DNA from: Octopus bimaculoides
Taxonomy: Eukaryota
Assembly: GCF_001194135.2 (NCBI RefSeq)
Contig: NC_068988.1
Span: 5,330,173-5,393,573, forward strand
Direction: 5' to 3'
DNA length: 63,401 nucleotides
The notes below the pieces were generated by a model. The model worked only from the letters and a program-made list of their open reading frames with translations. It was not told where the DNA came from and ran no database searches. The translations under genes and the position numbers were made by a program. The first letter of the stretch is position 1, and every line of letters begins with the position of its first letter. This document shows positions 37,601-48,831 of this stretch, in pieces.

Positions 37601-40600
37601 TGAAGTCTTCGTAGAGTAGAGGAGATTCTGCTAGAAGTGTTGTTGGTACTTTGATAAAATGCATCCAATACAAAGTAGTTGACAAACAAGCAGAGACCTC
37701 ATGAAGTCAATGGAGCCTTGGTCTTGTTTTGTCAAGGACATTATAACTTTTCTTGTGCAGGTGCCACAAGAAGAATGTAGTCAGTCTACTTTGTAATGAT
37801 GCTTTGGAGCATATTAACTGCAAATAAGAACTGTCTTGAACAGTGATGACCCATGGAAAGTGAACATATGATGATGATGATGTGAATTAAATTGGCATGA
37901 AGAAATGAGAATTCAATTTACACTGCTAGATAATAATTTAATTCCAAAAATTTAAGCTTCTGTATCTTTTTCTTTTTACTGTTTTTTTTTCACTTAGAAC
38001 AAAAGCTTCAATTGTCCAACGGAAAGACTTCAACCAACTTCTGCAGACAATGGGAGGAAACATGAGCAACTTGCGACAAGAATTGTTTGACTACAACACT
38101 TTTACAGTTGCTGTTCAGGACCCAGAAATCAAGCCTCAGTACTTCAGGTATTGTATTTTAGCAGGTTCTTTTTTCCTTCTCTTTCACATTTCCACCATGG
38201 AAATATGGAATACTTTTCTAATTATTTTATTAATTTAATTTTAACATTTAATATCGATTTTTCCATGTTGAAATGTCTATAGATTTGCTCTTCTTTTTGT
38301 CTTTGTTTCAATTCTGTTTGTGCTAATGTTCATTAGTTTGCATTTCTTCCTACTCAGTTTTATTTTCACCACAACTGACATCAGAAATATTAGTATCTGT
38401 CTTAAGTCACAGTAAAATTGGAATATTTTCTCTCTATATTTTCAATATCCTTCAAAGATAAAAAGCTTTAAATTCACAAAGCAAGTTCTGTATTGGTGGT
38501 TCAGAGGGAAGGAATATTTAAACTTTCTATCTAAAATTACATGCCAAAAGTTACTAGTGATTGTAAAATGGTTTTTATTTGATCATTAGAAATTTCCATG
38601 GCACTACAGGATATTTTGCATGAATTATCTTCTTACCAGTTTGCATGAATAACTTTGTTATCAAAGCACAGCAACTCCCGATTAGGGGCTTAAAGAGTTA
38701 ATTAATAATTGTTTTCTAATATAAAATTCCTATGAAATGTGGAATATTGAATTGGAATAAAATGGTTTTGGAGCATATGTATTAATCTTTAAAATAAGTG
38801 GTAAATGGAATTATTTCTAAAACAATATCTCATGAATCTTTTTAACTTTTGTGGAAATTTCCAAAATTTATCTTTAGCATAAAACAAATCATGATGGTTT
38901 TCACTTTCTTAAAAAAATTGAATTTTTCAAGCACAAAACCAAGCGCATACATTGTTTAAACAGAAGCGTGCATAAACAAAGACATGTCATTTCACTTATG
39001 CATAAATCATTTTAAAATAAATACATTTCAGAAATCCATTTGATATTCCCAGAAAGAATTTATTAGATCAGATTTCAAGAATGAGAACTAATTTTTTACA
39101 AGTTTCCCCACAGAACTCTAAACTTATTGATGATGGTAAGTTCTTAACTGCTTTTACTTTTATAAGTGAAAATACATATCAATGTTGAGTATCAGTCAAT
39201 ATTCATGATCTCCACAGTACCACTCAAATATCTGGATAGTACTGCTGCTACGATGCACGCTCACACACACACATTCATAATTGTGGTTTACAAAAAAACC
39301 CATCTAAATCCCCATGATATACCAATCATCTCGTACTTGTCCCTGCTAGTTTTCATTTGACAAACTTATATCACTACCACCAAAACTTACTTCATACACA
39401 AACCAACCAACCGGTTTGTCTTCAGTCTGATCATTGAGGGGAAAGCTGGAGGCCTATAGCTGAGATGTTGAAAAGAATCACTGTACTAGATAATTATGCA
39501 ATACAGGATGGTGTTATCTGCAATGACTGTTGTAGCAGTATTATAAACAGATACACTGGACGAGAACAGTTAAAGTGCTGTGTTTTGTTAGTAGAGTGTA
39601 CATGTAGCAGAGGAAGAGATGCAAAGAAATAGGGTTTGGATGTTTGGTGTCACAGATAACATGAAATGACATTTCAAACTTGCTATCCTGATGTACACCA
39701 TTGTGAAAAAATGATTCTATGAGGTTGTTATTGTCTTATTACTGTGATTCATAGTTTTGAGTCCAAAGAAGAGAAACAATTGCCACTATCTTTGTAGCCC
39801 CAACCTCATTAATGCAGTCAATGGGACGACATTTAGTACGGAGAGGCTGGATAAGTTCAAGAGTTTTGATCATTGGGAGGAAGGATTAGCATAAATGTTT
39901 AAAACAGGATTTGAACACCAAGGCAAGAAGATGACAAAGGAATGGCCAGCAGGGTAATTGGGTGGATTTAGTCTACATAATATTTTGCCATTTAGCCCAA
40001 GGTCAGATCTATGGGCAAGGCATTCTATCTGTAATCAGCTCATCTTTTTTTTTTTAAACACAGAATCTAGGACTATATTATGTAGTGCTGTTTGAGGGAT
40101 ATTTGGCTGCTATTGCATGAAGTCAAGCAACTGCATAGAGGCTGCTTCATTATGTTTCATTTTTAGAGTTGTTCAGACACTTATTTCCCATTATAAAGTG
40201 GGACAACAGCAGGAGTTTTTGGGGTTTTTTTTTCCTTTCTTTCTTCAGATGCAATCTACAATGGTTGTTTATAGCAGTTCTCCAATATTGTCTCCTTTAT
40301 TGCTGCTGCATTATTCTAATGTGGTTCACATATTTGCTTCATAGAGGGTCAACAACTGTTCAAACCCAAAGTATCTTCAAGAACTGAAGAAACAGCTGAA
40401 CGTTTGTGGTGCAGTCATTATGAGTGTATTATAAATATGTAGTCACCATGAAAGATCATTAGGGATTGTGTGGCATGTTTGAAGTAGAACGAAAGAAGCA
40501 AGATGACCAGTTTCATCAAATAAATGCATGCTTAATGGGAGGTGTTTAGTTCTGGTGCTGGAGGTAGTTGAATGTCAATAATGCCATAGCTTTCATTGAC

Positions 40601-43600
40601 ATTTTTTAAAGTAACGTTTATTGAAGGAAATCTACTTTGGTTGTAAAAAGTAGACAGATGGATTATAGCGAATCATTTAGAATTGTCTCTCTGTCTCCTC
40701 ACTTGCTCATTTGAAATATTAAGAGTTTCAAGCTGGGAATGTCAGCCATTGTTTCGCATTTCTATACATTGGGATGGATGTCCATACAGACAAAAAAAAA
40801 TGTTGACTTTGGTGTGCGAAAGAGTCTTGTCAAGAATACATTTTGTGAGTAGGTGAGAAATGGGTAAACCGTGTTGACTGATTATTGTGCTTAACTGAAG
40901 TCATTGTAGAGGTTTATGCATCTGTTTTCTGTTTCGTGACAGACATACCTGCTTAAGAAAATATGTTTCAGGATCTTAGAATTGCTTCTCTTAAAAATTC
41001 CTTTCACAATAACTGCTCTGGATACAGAAGTCTTTAGAACTTGCTCAAAGTATATTTGTCAAAGTTGCTCTGTCTTATCCTGTTCTTAATGTTTTAAGAG
41101 TTGAAATATATTCAAGATCATCATCATCATTTAATGTCCGCTTTCCATGCTGGCATGGGTTGAACAGTTTGACTGAGGTCTGGAGGGCCAGCAGCTGCAC
41201 CAGGCTCCAATCTGATCTGGCAGAGTTTCTACAACTGGATGCCCTTCCTAACGCCAACCACTTCGAGAGTGTAGTGGATACTTTTATGCACCACCGGCAC
41301 GAGGGCCAGTTAGGCGATACTGGTAACAGCCATGCTCAAATGGTGTTTTTTATGTGCCACCTGCACAGGAGCCAGTCCAGCAGCACTGGCAACGATCACA
41401 CTCAGATGGTGCTTTTAACGTTCCACTGGCACAGGTGCCAGTCAGGCGGTGCTGTCATTGGCCACGTCAGCAATTTTGATTGTAATTTCACTTGCCTGAA
41501 TACATCTGCGCAAGCAACACATAAGTAGGCTTGTTACACCTCTGGCATGGGCCACAGGTTATGGTCTCACTTGGCTTGCAGGTCTTCTCAAGCACAGCAT
41601 ATTTCCAAAGGTCTCGGTCACTAGCCATTGCCTCAGTAAGGCCCAATGTTCAAAGGTCGTGCTTCACCACCTCATCCCAGGTCTTCCTGGATTTACCTCT
41701 TCCACAGATTCCCTCAACTGATAGGGTGTGACACTTTTTCACACAGCTGTCCTCATCTATTCATACCACAAATCCATACCAGCGCAGTCATCTCTCTTAC
41801 ACACCGCATCTGATGCTTCTTAGGTTCAACTTTTCTCTCAGGGCGCTAACACTCTGTCATGAATGCACACTGATATTACACATCCAGCGGAGCATACTGG
41901 CTTCGTTCCTTGCAAGCTTACACATGTCCTTAGCAGTCACCACCCATGTTTCACTGCAAGATCCTAGAAGATAAATTAAACACTATGTGAGTTCATTGGA
42001 TTGATTTCAATTAAATTGAAATAACAGTTTTACTTAATTACAATTCTTTCCCTCTTCCTGTTGTGGGTTCAGGAAAATACTCTTTCAAATATGGGGCTGA
42101 CTTTTTAATGTTCGATGTGATCAAGAGGTTTATATGCCTCTGTTGTAGCCTTACTCTTAGCAGCTCCTGTGACCATTTATGTATAGACCTATGCTATGCT
42201 CATTTCTATGCACACATTGCTTGTTGAGTATAATGAGTGTTTGGGTTGGAGAACAACTATTTGTAAATCGTTTCTTTATATCTGCTGGAAATGCTATGTG
42301 ATACTGAGGTAAACAAGTTCATCCTCGCAAAGAGTTCAACTGTATTTTCCTCCAAAGCACCTGAATACAATGATCTGTTAATTCTGATTCATTTCCTGTT
42401 TGCTAATGCAGCTCTTAATTGTTAAAACAAATGATCTGATTAAGTTTATGATGAAAACATAGAGGATCACACTTACTTAGGAGTGGTGGATCTTTTGATT
42501 TTTCAAGAACTTGAAGAAGTCTTATTAATAGCTATATGTCCATGGCATTGCTCTCTAGTAAAAGCAAAACCACCAAGTGCATATTGTATTGAACTACCAA
42601 TTCCTTGCAGGGATTTTCTTTGTATAGCTCTGTGAAGGTGGGGATATCTAGCAAATCTTGGACCCGTATTCTGTTGCAGTGGAGATGTGTGTCCTACCAT
42701 GAAAGTGGAGAGTGAGCTAATTTTCAATCAAAAAAAAATATTTCTATAAGAGTGTCCAGCTGTGGAAACCATACCAAAGCTAACATTAGGGTTTAACATG
42801 GCCCTGTGCCTCACCAGTTCCTCTCAAACCATTTAACCCATGCCAGCATAGTAAACAGACATTAAATAATGATGATATTGTACATTAGAATGTATCTCCA
42901 TTAGTAATTTTTTTATTTTTTTTTTTATTGCCAAATTTATATTGAGTTTTCATTCACTTTCTTTTAATTACAGACTACATTCATAGCATTCCAGTTCAGC
43001 AAATGGGTAATTATCAAGAATATCTCAAGAAGATGCCTGCCACATTAAGAGAAATTGAGACACAGCCAGTCAGGTTACACATGTTTGGAAATCCATTTAA
43101 AGTAAACAAAGTAAGTTATTTTTGGAAACATTTGTTGATTTTTATTGAATGGCCAGCTGTTGTAGGTAGTGTATATTTGATTAACAAAAGTATAGTTCTC
43201 TTGTATATTTTATCAATAGTAGAATTGAAGTACAAAAGCTAGTTACTGTAAATTTTGGACCCCTCTACTATATAAATATATTTGTTAATATGAACCAAAT
43301 GCTTGATAAGTTCCAGGTGTTACATCTTGGAGCTTCTAAAGCATTGGTATATGATACTGCATTCTATATCAAGATAAGATTAAAATACCTGTCTGATTTC
43401 AAATTCCAATCCTATTGAGTTAAGAAAGCAATGGGAATTCCTTCCCTGTTACCTCCAACTATTAATCGGCACTTTGAATTAAACCATCTTGATGCCAGAC
43501 AGCTATAACAAATACACTCTGACATGTGAAAATGGTTTGAGCTTGGTGCAGCTCTCCAGCTTACCATTTTCAGTCAAACCATCTAACCCATACCAGCATG

Positions 43601-45299
43601 GAAAACGGATGCTAAATGATGGTGATTGTGGTGGTGGTGATGGCAGCAACACTATTAAAATTAATGTAATACTTAAGATTGGCCAAATCTGTCCTACAAA
43701 AGGCTTTGCAGGGTTTAGTTATATATCTTCTCATTCTGAATTCAACTTCCTCTGAGGTCAACTTTGCCTTTCATCTTTTCAGAGTTGACAAAATACTTAC
43801 CAGTATAGAACTGGTTCGATTTGATCAACTGTATTCTTCTGCCACTGCCATCCACCACAGCAAGATTATGATCTTGTGTTTGTTTGTTTGTTAGAAATAA
43901 ATATTTAGGTTTACGGTTTATTTGCATTTTAGAATATTATGATTGATGAAGCTGATGAAGCTGTCTTCGGACAACAGTCTCGGAGCAAGAAAACTTCCCA
44001 AGACACACTTGTTAATTCGTTGCCAAGAAAAAGAAAACCAGGTAAGTATATCCTATAAAACTGTTGAACCTAGCTTTTTCTCATTAAGTTATTTTCATTT
44101 AAAATACAAAAGCAAATTCATGAAAGTGATTGATTACTTGTTATTACTGACCCCAGCATCATTATCTTCCAAAAGGGTGTGTTGAGACGATAATTGCTGA
44201 GTTTTGAAGTAGTAAAGTGTAAAGATGATATTGGAATACCTGTGTGTGTAAAGTTTGCAATGTATTTTAAAGTATTGAATAGTAAAGTTTTTTTTTCTTG
44301 TATATCTTATATGTTTTTGTTGAATAATTTTTTCTGTTGTATTTTTGTCTTTAAAAAAAAACCCTTTTTTTCCATAGGTCCTTTACCAAGAGATCTTCCC
44401 ATCAAACGGCCAGCATCGCCTTCGATTATGACAGAAGCTGCTGCTGTCTCCTCACCGCCTGTTTGTCCAAAGACTGAAAATAATCTGAAAGTTGAAAATT
44501 CTTCTGGTAAATGTTTTATTCTAATAAATTGATTCTCCTTAAAATGTAATTTGTCATTTTTATTTAAGAGAGTGGTAGATTAATATAATAGTTTTTCCTT
44601 CATTTACAGAGGATACATCACTTCCTAATCCTTGGGTCAATTTACAAGAAGAAATACCAATGGATACAAACCATGTTAATGAACTCTCTGTCAGTCCATA
44701 TCAACTTGATCAGTCAAATCAAATAGAATCTTTAAAAACTGATATAGAAGTTCAATGCTCAGAATTTACAAACTTAAATAACAATCCAAATCATAAATTG
44801 GAATCTATTCATTGGAACCATAATGCAAAATTGAGAATTATTTTATACAAGGAACTGAGAAAGCCTGGTAAAAGTAAGTATAATCATTTTCGCTTTGGGC
44901 AACAACATTTATTCAATCGATTCTCATAGAAATAACTGCTCAAAGGTTTTAGCTTCTTCATTGCCTAACATTTCTACTTATTTCATTTGTTATGATGATG
45001 TGCAAGCCTAATAGGAAATGCTTTTTGCCTCAACATTTTCTCTTTGCTTTTTGTATATTTATTTTTGTTTTTAATATTTTGCAGATTATGATAAATTTTT
45101 CCAGTATTTGAATTCTATGAAGGGTACACTGAATATGAAAGTAAAATTTATCAAAGATCTAGTTGGAGAGGCAGCGCGGTTTAAAAAGAGGCGGTTGATC
45201 CAACATTTGGAAAAATTTGAATTGTCAATGACAGAGTGTGAGACTAAATGCAATCGGAAATTTCAAGTTCGAACAAATGATGTTCATTCTTTATGTTGA
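20279..45299 (+). CDS. INTS6: Integrator complex subunit 6, complete spliced CDS of 19 coding exons, 870 aa
   Basis: Manual splicing gives MTIILFLIDTSSSMNQR...GWKESHATFMNELKNL...KEPFRWDQR...LPFDKYELEPSPLTQYILER...MGNYQEYLK...ELRKPGK...EAARFKKRRLIQHLEKF. This is recognisable as the INTS6 VWA N-terminus and conserved C-terminal domain. All introns are GT-AG, phases are compatible, and the total is 2613 nt. Confidence 0.97.
20719..20796 (+). CDS. INTS6: INTS6 exon 2 (78 nt)
   Basis: tttag|IRSRDPVCRWDRYMLLTFEEPPANVK|gtaaac. Confidence 0.96.
24075..24224 (+). CDS. INTS6: INTS6 exon 3 (150 nt)
   Basis: ttcag|AGWKESHATFMNELKNLKADGLTVLGASLKHAFDLLNMNRMQSGIDTYGQ|gtaaaa. Confidence 0.97.
24950..25135. 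mobile_element. hAT (Charlie/MER5-like) MITE, 186 bp, nested in an RTE-derived repeat
   Basis: 15-bp TIRs cagtgctccgcaacc / ggttgtggagcactg (1 mismatch). The 8-bp TSD is ctctagag (24942-24949) / ctctaaag (25136-25143), matching the NTCTAGAN Charlie target preference. Confidence 0.9.
25451..25540 (+). CDS. INTS6: INTS6 exon 4 (90 nt)
   Basis: ttaag|GRCPFYLEPAVIVLITDRGRLTSPNSVQLE|gtaaag. Confidence 0.96.
25790..26150 (+). mobile_element. RTE-3'-tail repeat ending in (GAT)n, young copy; representative of about 20 copies
   Basis: ...ggcgttaggaagggcatccagctgtagaaactct...ccaacccatgctagcatggaaagcggacgttaaacgatgatgatgatga. Related copies occur near 18470, 22700(-), 23500, 28075(-), 28400, 29490, 32700, 36790(-), 37750, 42750, 43520, 49735(-), 51460, 56280(-), 59830 and 61390. 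Confidence 0.88.
26538..26721 (+). CDS. INTS6: INTS6 exon 5 (184 nt)
   Basis: ttcag|LNLPMNSVVPGCELTKEPFRWDQRIFGLVLE...AMCDVTG+G|gtaaaa. Confidence 0.96.
27388..27516 (+). CDS. INTS6: INTS6 exon 6 (129 nt)
   Basis: tgcag|(G)RSYAILSQKMLNAALESLVQKVQAGVVINFEKIGPDPKPVNE|gtaagt. Confidence 0.96.
27808..28001 (+). CDS. INTS6: INTS6 exon 7 (194 nt)
   Basis: tttag|(E)NGDVTNQYGENDKREIESQSSGATPAWHSNRKLIYVQRSAQKGYSVGHWPIPEAYWPDSSIQTL|gtaagt. Confidence 0.94.
29931..30083 (+). CDS. INTS6: INTS6 exon 8 (153 nt)
   Basis: ttcag|SPRTAQPVVQFSCTACEPLVIDNLPFDKYELEPSPLTQYILERKQPNNCWQ|gttagt. Confidence 0.96.
30527..30760. mobile_element. Tigger/pogo-like MITE left end, right end not identified
   Basis: TA followed by cagtaatcactcgccttatcgcg resembles Tigger TIRs. 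No matching right TIR was found. Confidence 0.5.
30931..31060 (+). CDS. INTS6: INTS6 exon 9 (130 nt)
   Basis: tctag|VFVSNSAKFDFCHPFGYVKASSNLSCVNLFVMPYNYPVLLPLL+G|gtaaat. Confidence 0.96.
31111..31290 (+). mobile_element. Decayed tRNA-derived SINE in INTS6 intron 9
   Basis: Aligns by eye to the head and core of 9564 (gctgtgtggttaag...caccttaggcaagtgtctt...ggtagacagaaactg). Confidence 0.75.
31466..31560 (+). CDS. INTS6: INTS6 exon 10 (95 nt)
   Basis: ctcag|(D)ELFKVHKSKPTKNWRQQFDSYLKTMPVYYAG|gtaagt. Confidence 0.96.
33231..33341 (+). CDS. INTS6: INTS6 exon 11 (111 nt)
   Basis: tacag|PLRKALQRMGAPSLIPDNMENCLSYSVITYLKKLKNQ|gtgatt. Confidence 0.96.
36122..36201 (+). CDS. INTS6: INTS6 exon 12 (80 nt)
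   Basis: cttag|AKIEMDRLIASVGQKLPPPDGLKVNL+AG|gtaatt. Confidence 0.94.
37998..38147 (+). CDS. INTS6: INTS6 exon 13 (150 nt)
   Basis: cttag|(R)TKASIVQRKDFNQLLQTMGGNMSNLRQELFDYNTFTVAVQDPEIKPQYF+AG|gtattg. Confidence 0.93.
39032..39135 (+). CDS. INTS6: INTS6 exon 14 (104 nt)
   Basis: ttcag|(R)NPFDIPRKNLLDQISRMRTNFLQVSPQNSKLIDD+G|gtaagt. Confidence 0.95.
41120..41960 (-). mobile_element. RTE LINE 3' end (RT C-terminus plus tail) in INTS6 intron 14
   Basis: The minus strand reads ..RCGVRERxLRWYG....GICGRGKSRKTWDEVVKHDL.., followed by the modular tail and (GAT)n. Confidence 0.85.
42974..43110 (+). CDS. INTS6: INTS6 exon 15 (137 nt)
   Basis: tacag|(D)YIHSIPVQQMGNYQEYLKKMPATLREIETQPVRLHMFGNPFKVNK|gtaagt. 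Confidence 0.96.
43933..44041 (+). CDS. INTS6: INTS6 exon 16 (109 nt)
   Basis: tttag|NIMIDEADEAVFGQQSRSKKTSQDTLVNSLPRKRKP+G|gtaagt. Confidence 0.94.
44378..44506 (+). CDS. INTS6: INTS6 exon 17 (129 nt, poorly conserved linker)
   Basis: catag|(G)PLPRDLPIKRPASPSIMTEAAAVSSPPVCPKTENNLKVENSS+G|gtaaat; phases fit both neighbours. Confidence 0.85.
44610..44873 (+). CDS. INTS6: INTS6 exon 18 (264 nt)
   Basis: tacag|(E)DTSLPNPWVNLQEEIPMDTNH...HNAKLRIILYKELRKPGK+A|gtaagt. Confidence 0.92.
45085..45299 (+). CDS. INTS6: INTS6 exon 19, terminal, with TGA stop
   Basis: tgcag|(N)YDKFFQYLNSMKGTLNMKVKFIKDLVGEAARFKKRRLIQHLEKFELSMTECETKCNRKFQVRTNDVHSLC*. Confidence 0.95.
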
Positions 45300-45378
45300 T
45301 ATCATTGCAATCTAGGATTATTATTATTATCATCATCATTATTATAATTTCATATTTATATAACATATTTCCTTTTAT

Positions 45379-45384
45379 AATAAA
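45379..45384 (+). terminator. Candidate INTS6 polyadenylation signal AATAAA
   Basis: AATAAA lies 80 nt after the stop, with T/GT-rich sequence downstream. The region is AT-rich, so a chance match is possible. Confidence 0.45.
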
Positions 45385-45692
45385 GAAACTTGCTGCACAT
45401 ACAAGATCAGTTCTGTGTTCTTAAATTACTAAACTTTGTTTCCAGAAATTGTGATAAAGAAATGGTATCAAAATTTATTTCTATAATGAAAAAATTCTAT
45501 GTATTTTTGTGTTTATTTTATTATTACTGTTCTTTGACTTTGAAGAGGATTTAGTAATCTATTAAAACTAACCTCCTTTCTCTTTTAGCTTCTTGATTTT
45601 CGTGTTCACTTTGGGAGTGTTATGAAGCCTCTTCATTTACTTTTGTTCCGAAAACATATTAGTATATATGTGTGTATGTACATGTATATATA

Positions 45693-46929
45693 CAGTGGTT
45701 GGACAAAATAATGGAAACACCTTGAAATTTCAAACAAATTTATTTTAATATGGAGTAGGACCACCTTTGGCAGTAATTACAGCTTGAATTCTATGAGGTA
45801 TGCATTCATGCAAGGTTCAAATTGTTTCCAAAGGAATTTTTGTCCATTCTTCAGCTAAAACAGTCTCCAGTTCTTGTAGTGATGATGGTGGAGGATATCG
45901 ACTCCTTACTTGTTTTTCTAAAATGCACCGTAAATGTTCAATAATATTGGGATCTAGGGACTGTTGTGGCCAGATAAGATGTTCAACTTCACTAGAATGT
46001 TCCTCATGCCATTCAGTAACAACTTTAGCTGTGTGAATTGATGCATTATCATCCCGAAAGATTGCTTTTCCCTCCGGAAACAGTTCCGTAACCATAGACT
46101 AAACTTGATCAGATAAAATGCTTAAATAGTCTTGACTATNNNNNNNNNNNNNNNNNNNNNNNNNNNNNNNNNNNNNNNNNNNNNNNNNNNNNNNNNNNNN
46201 NNNNATTTAACAGTTGGAAGAAGGCAGCCTGGGTCAAATGCTTCCTTTGGCTGTCTCCACACATATACTCGGCCAGTGGTCAGAAGTAAGATAAAGGATG
46301 ACTCGTCTGAGGAAATAACATTCTTCCACTGCTCTAGGGACCAATTCTGTAGGTTTTTACTCCATCTAAACGCTTTGCAACGTTTGTTTTTGGAAGTAGT
46401 GGTTTTCTGATTGCAGCTCTCCCGTGAAATCTGGCTTAGTACATCTCCCAGCGAACAATTTTTGTGGAAACTGGGTTCTTGAGGTGGTCATAAAGCTTTG
46501 CAAGTAAGTCTAGGAGCTGTACTTTTGTGATCCTTTCTAACAATTCGCGTAAGAGTCTGATGGTCCCTATCTGAAAGTTTTGGTTTTCTTCTGGAGTTTT
46601 GTTTCGACGAGGAGGTTTTTCCCTCTTTCTCAAAAGCTGTCATTACTTTTGAGGCAGTACTTCTTGATACACCAAACATTTCGGCTGTTTTCATTACGCT
46701 AGCGCCTGCCATACGAGCACCAAGAATTTGACCTCTTTGAAGGTCCAATAGATCTGTCATTTTAATTACCTTTTTCTGATGATATCTGAAAAGAAACAGC
46801 AATTTTAGCAAAACATATCAAGCAACACTAATAATCAATCAAAACACAAAAATAAACAAGTTTTTGACGGTTTTATAGATATTTCAAAATTATAATGCTA
46901 GGTGTTTCCTTTATATTGTCCAACCCCTG
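45693..46929 (-). mobile_element. Tc1-like DNA transposon, full length (~1.24 kb) but disrupted, with D-36-E spacing
   Basis: TA+cagtggttggacaaaataatggaaacacct at the left and aggtgtttcctttatattgtccaacccctg+TA at the right (~30-bp TIRs, 3 mismatches). Transposase ATG at 46760: HTH MTDLLDLQRGQILGARMAGAS, then SDES, DDNASIH and WPQQSLDPNIIE. It has a frameshift near 46500, a stop near 46100 and an N gap at 46140-46205. Confidence 0.93.
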
Positions 46930-47239
46930 TATGTATGTGTGTGTGTATATGTGTATGTATATATATATGTGTGTGTAAGTATATGTATATATGTATATAT
47001 ATACAAGCAGAGATACTCGGCATTGCCTGTGTTACCTGCAATTGAAGAATGAGACTTTTCTGTTATATTTTCTGTAAGGAACTGGAATGCATATGATTTG
47101 AATTTCATCAAAATTGCACATGAGGGTTCTTTCCCTCTTTACACAACCTAAAAAAATTCTAATCATGAGACATGTATCCCATACTATTGATCTTTATGTG
47201 CATATAACAAAATTTCAGTCTTCTGGAACCTGTAAAAAG

Positions 47240-47730
47240 GATTTTGCTCCTGAAAAATGGAGCTCTAAAATGTGGGAATGAAGGCCCCTATTGGGGGTGA
47301 GTGTGTTAAATTGGGCATAAGAGGCATCAGATGTAGTGTGTAAGAGAGACAACTGTGCTAGTATGGTCGTGTGATGCATATGGACAAGGAGAGCTGTGTA
47401 AAAAAAGGGATCTCTGTGTTGGAAACCTGTGGTAGAGGTAGACCTAGGAAAACATGGGACAAAGTGGTGAAGCATGATCTTCAAACTTTTAGCCTCACAG
47501 AGGCAATGACTAGTGACCAAGACTGCTGGTGACATGCTGTGCTTGAGAAGGCCCATCAAGCCAAGTGAAATTGTTCTCATGGCTGATGCTGGTGTCAAGT
47601 AACTGGCACATAAAGAACACCTTTCAAGCATTGGGACTCGTGGAGGCAAAGTGGCTGTTCCTTTTGAGTGTTGGACCTCATGGAGGCAAAGTGTCAGTTC
47701 TATCAACACATAGAACTGACATGACACTTA
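47240..47730 (+). mobile_element. RTE LINE 3' end fragment
   Basis: ggcatcagatgtagtgtg..gtatggtcgtgtgatgcatatgga..ggtagacctaggaaaacatgggacaaagtggtgaagcatgatctt. A similar piece lies at 50730-50990. Confidence 0.8.
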
Positions 47731-48585
47731 GACAGATCACAGTGGCTACACACACAGCGATAGACAGACTGAAACTCAAAAGAAAACACAAATGGAACGG
47801 TAACACCCACCACCACACCACATGACTAACGACAGAAGGAAAGAGAGAGGAAATAATACACAGACACACACAGCAAACATATATGCACTTACCTGTGGTA
47901 CATATAAGAAATAGAGATAGATATATAAAAATAATATAAATATTTAACAAATACTTGTGATAAATATAAGAAAGAGAGCTTGACAAAATATAAATAATAA
48001 ATAAATCCATATAAAAGGCATGGATACAAACAACATACAAAGTGAACCCATACACACACAAGAAATTTCATGGATGGCCACAACAATATCAGCAATACAA
48101 ATAACAATGATAGCAGCAGCACCAGTGACAACGATGGCAATAACAACAACAACTACCACAATGGCAACACTGTGGGTGAATACACAAACACAGAGAGATA
48201 CAGGAACTGTACCAAATTTTGGGGTCTAAGGACAGCAGCAGCACAATGGGGCAGAGGGGAAGGCCATACTGCTGCTAAGAACAGTGACACATGCACACAC
48301 AAACAGAGACATAAATGCATGTGCACATAAGGATATACATCTTAGAACAGAATGGAGTAATTGGAGCAAGAGCACATGTGAAAATGAACAGTGTGACAAA
48401 AGATTTCTGGATAATGGAGTTAAAATATTAAAAAGAAAATAAGAACAGCAATAAACAAGTGAAGAACAAATATATAGTGTGTGCGTTTATTTGGCCAAAA
48501 AACCCACCATTTCAAAATACAACAATATCTGTTTTAACATACGATTTCACATCAGGAATCTTGCAACACAACTTGAAATGTGTGC

Positions 48586-48618
<33 letters not shown>

Positions 48619-48799
48619 NNNNNNNNNNNNNNNNNNNNNNNNNNNNNNNNNNNNNNNNNNNNNNNNNNNNNNNNNNNNNNNNNNNNNNNNNNNNNNNNNN
48701 NNNNNNNNNNNNNNNNNNNNNNNNNNNNNNNNNNNNNNNNNNNNNNNNNNNNNNNNNNNNNNNNNNNNNNNNNNNNNNNNNNNNNNNNNNNNNNNNNNN

Positions 48800-48831
<32 letters not shown>

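Noticed and set aside
47889-48330. Overlapping ORFs rich in N/T/I/V
   Set aside because: Degenerate AAC/AAT/CAG cryptic simple sequence, open in several frames on both strands.
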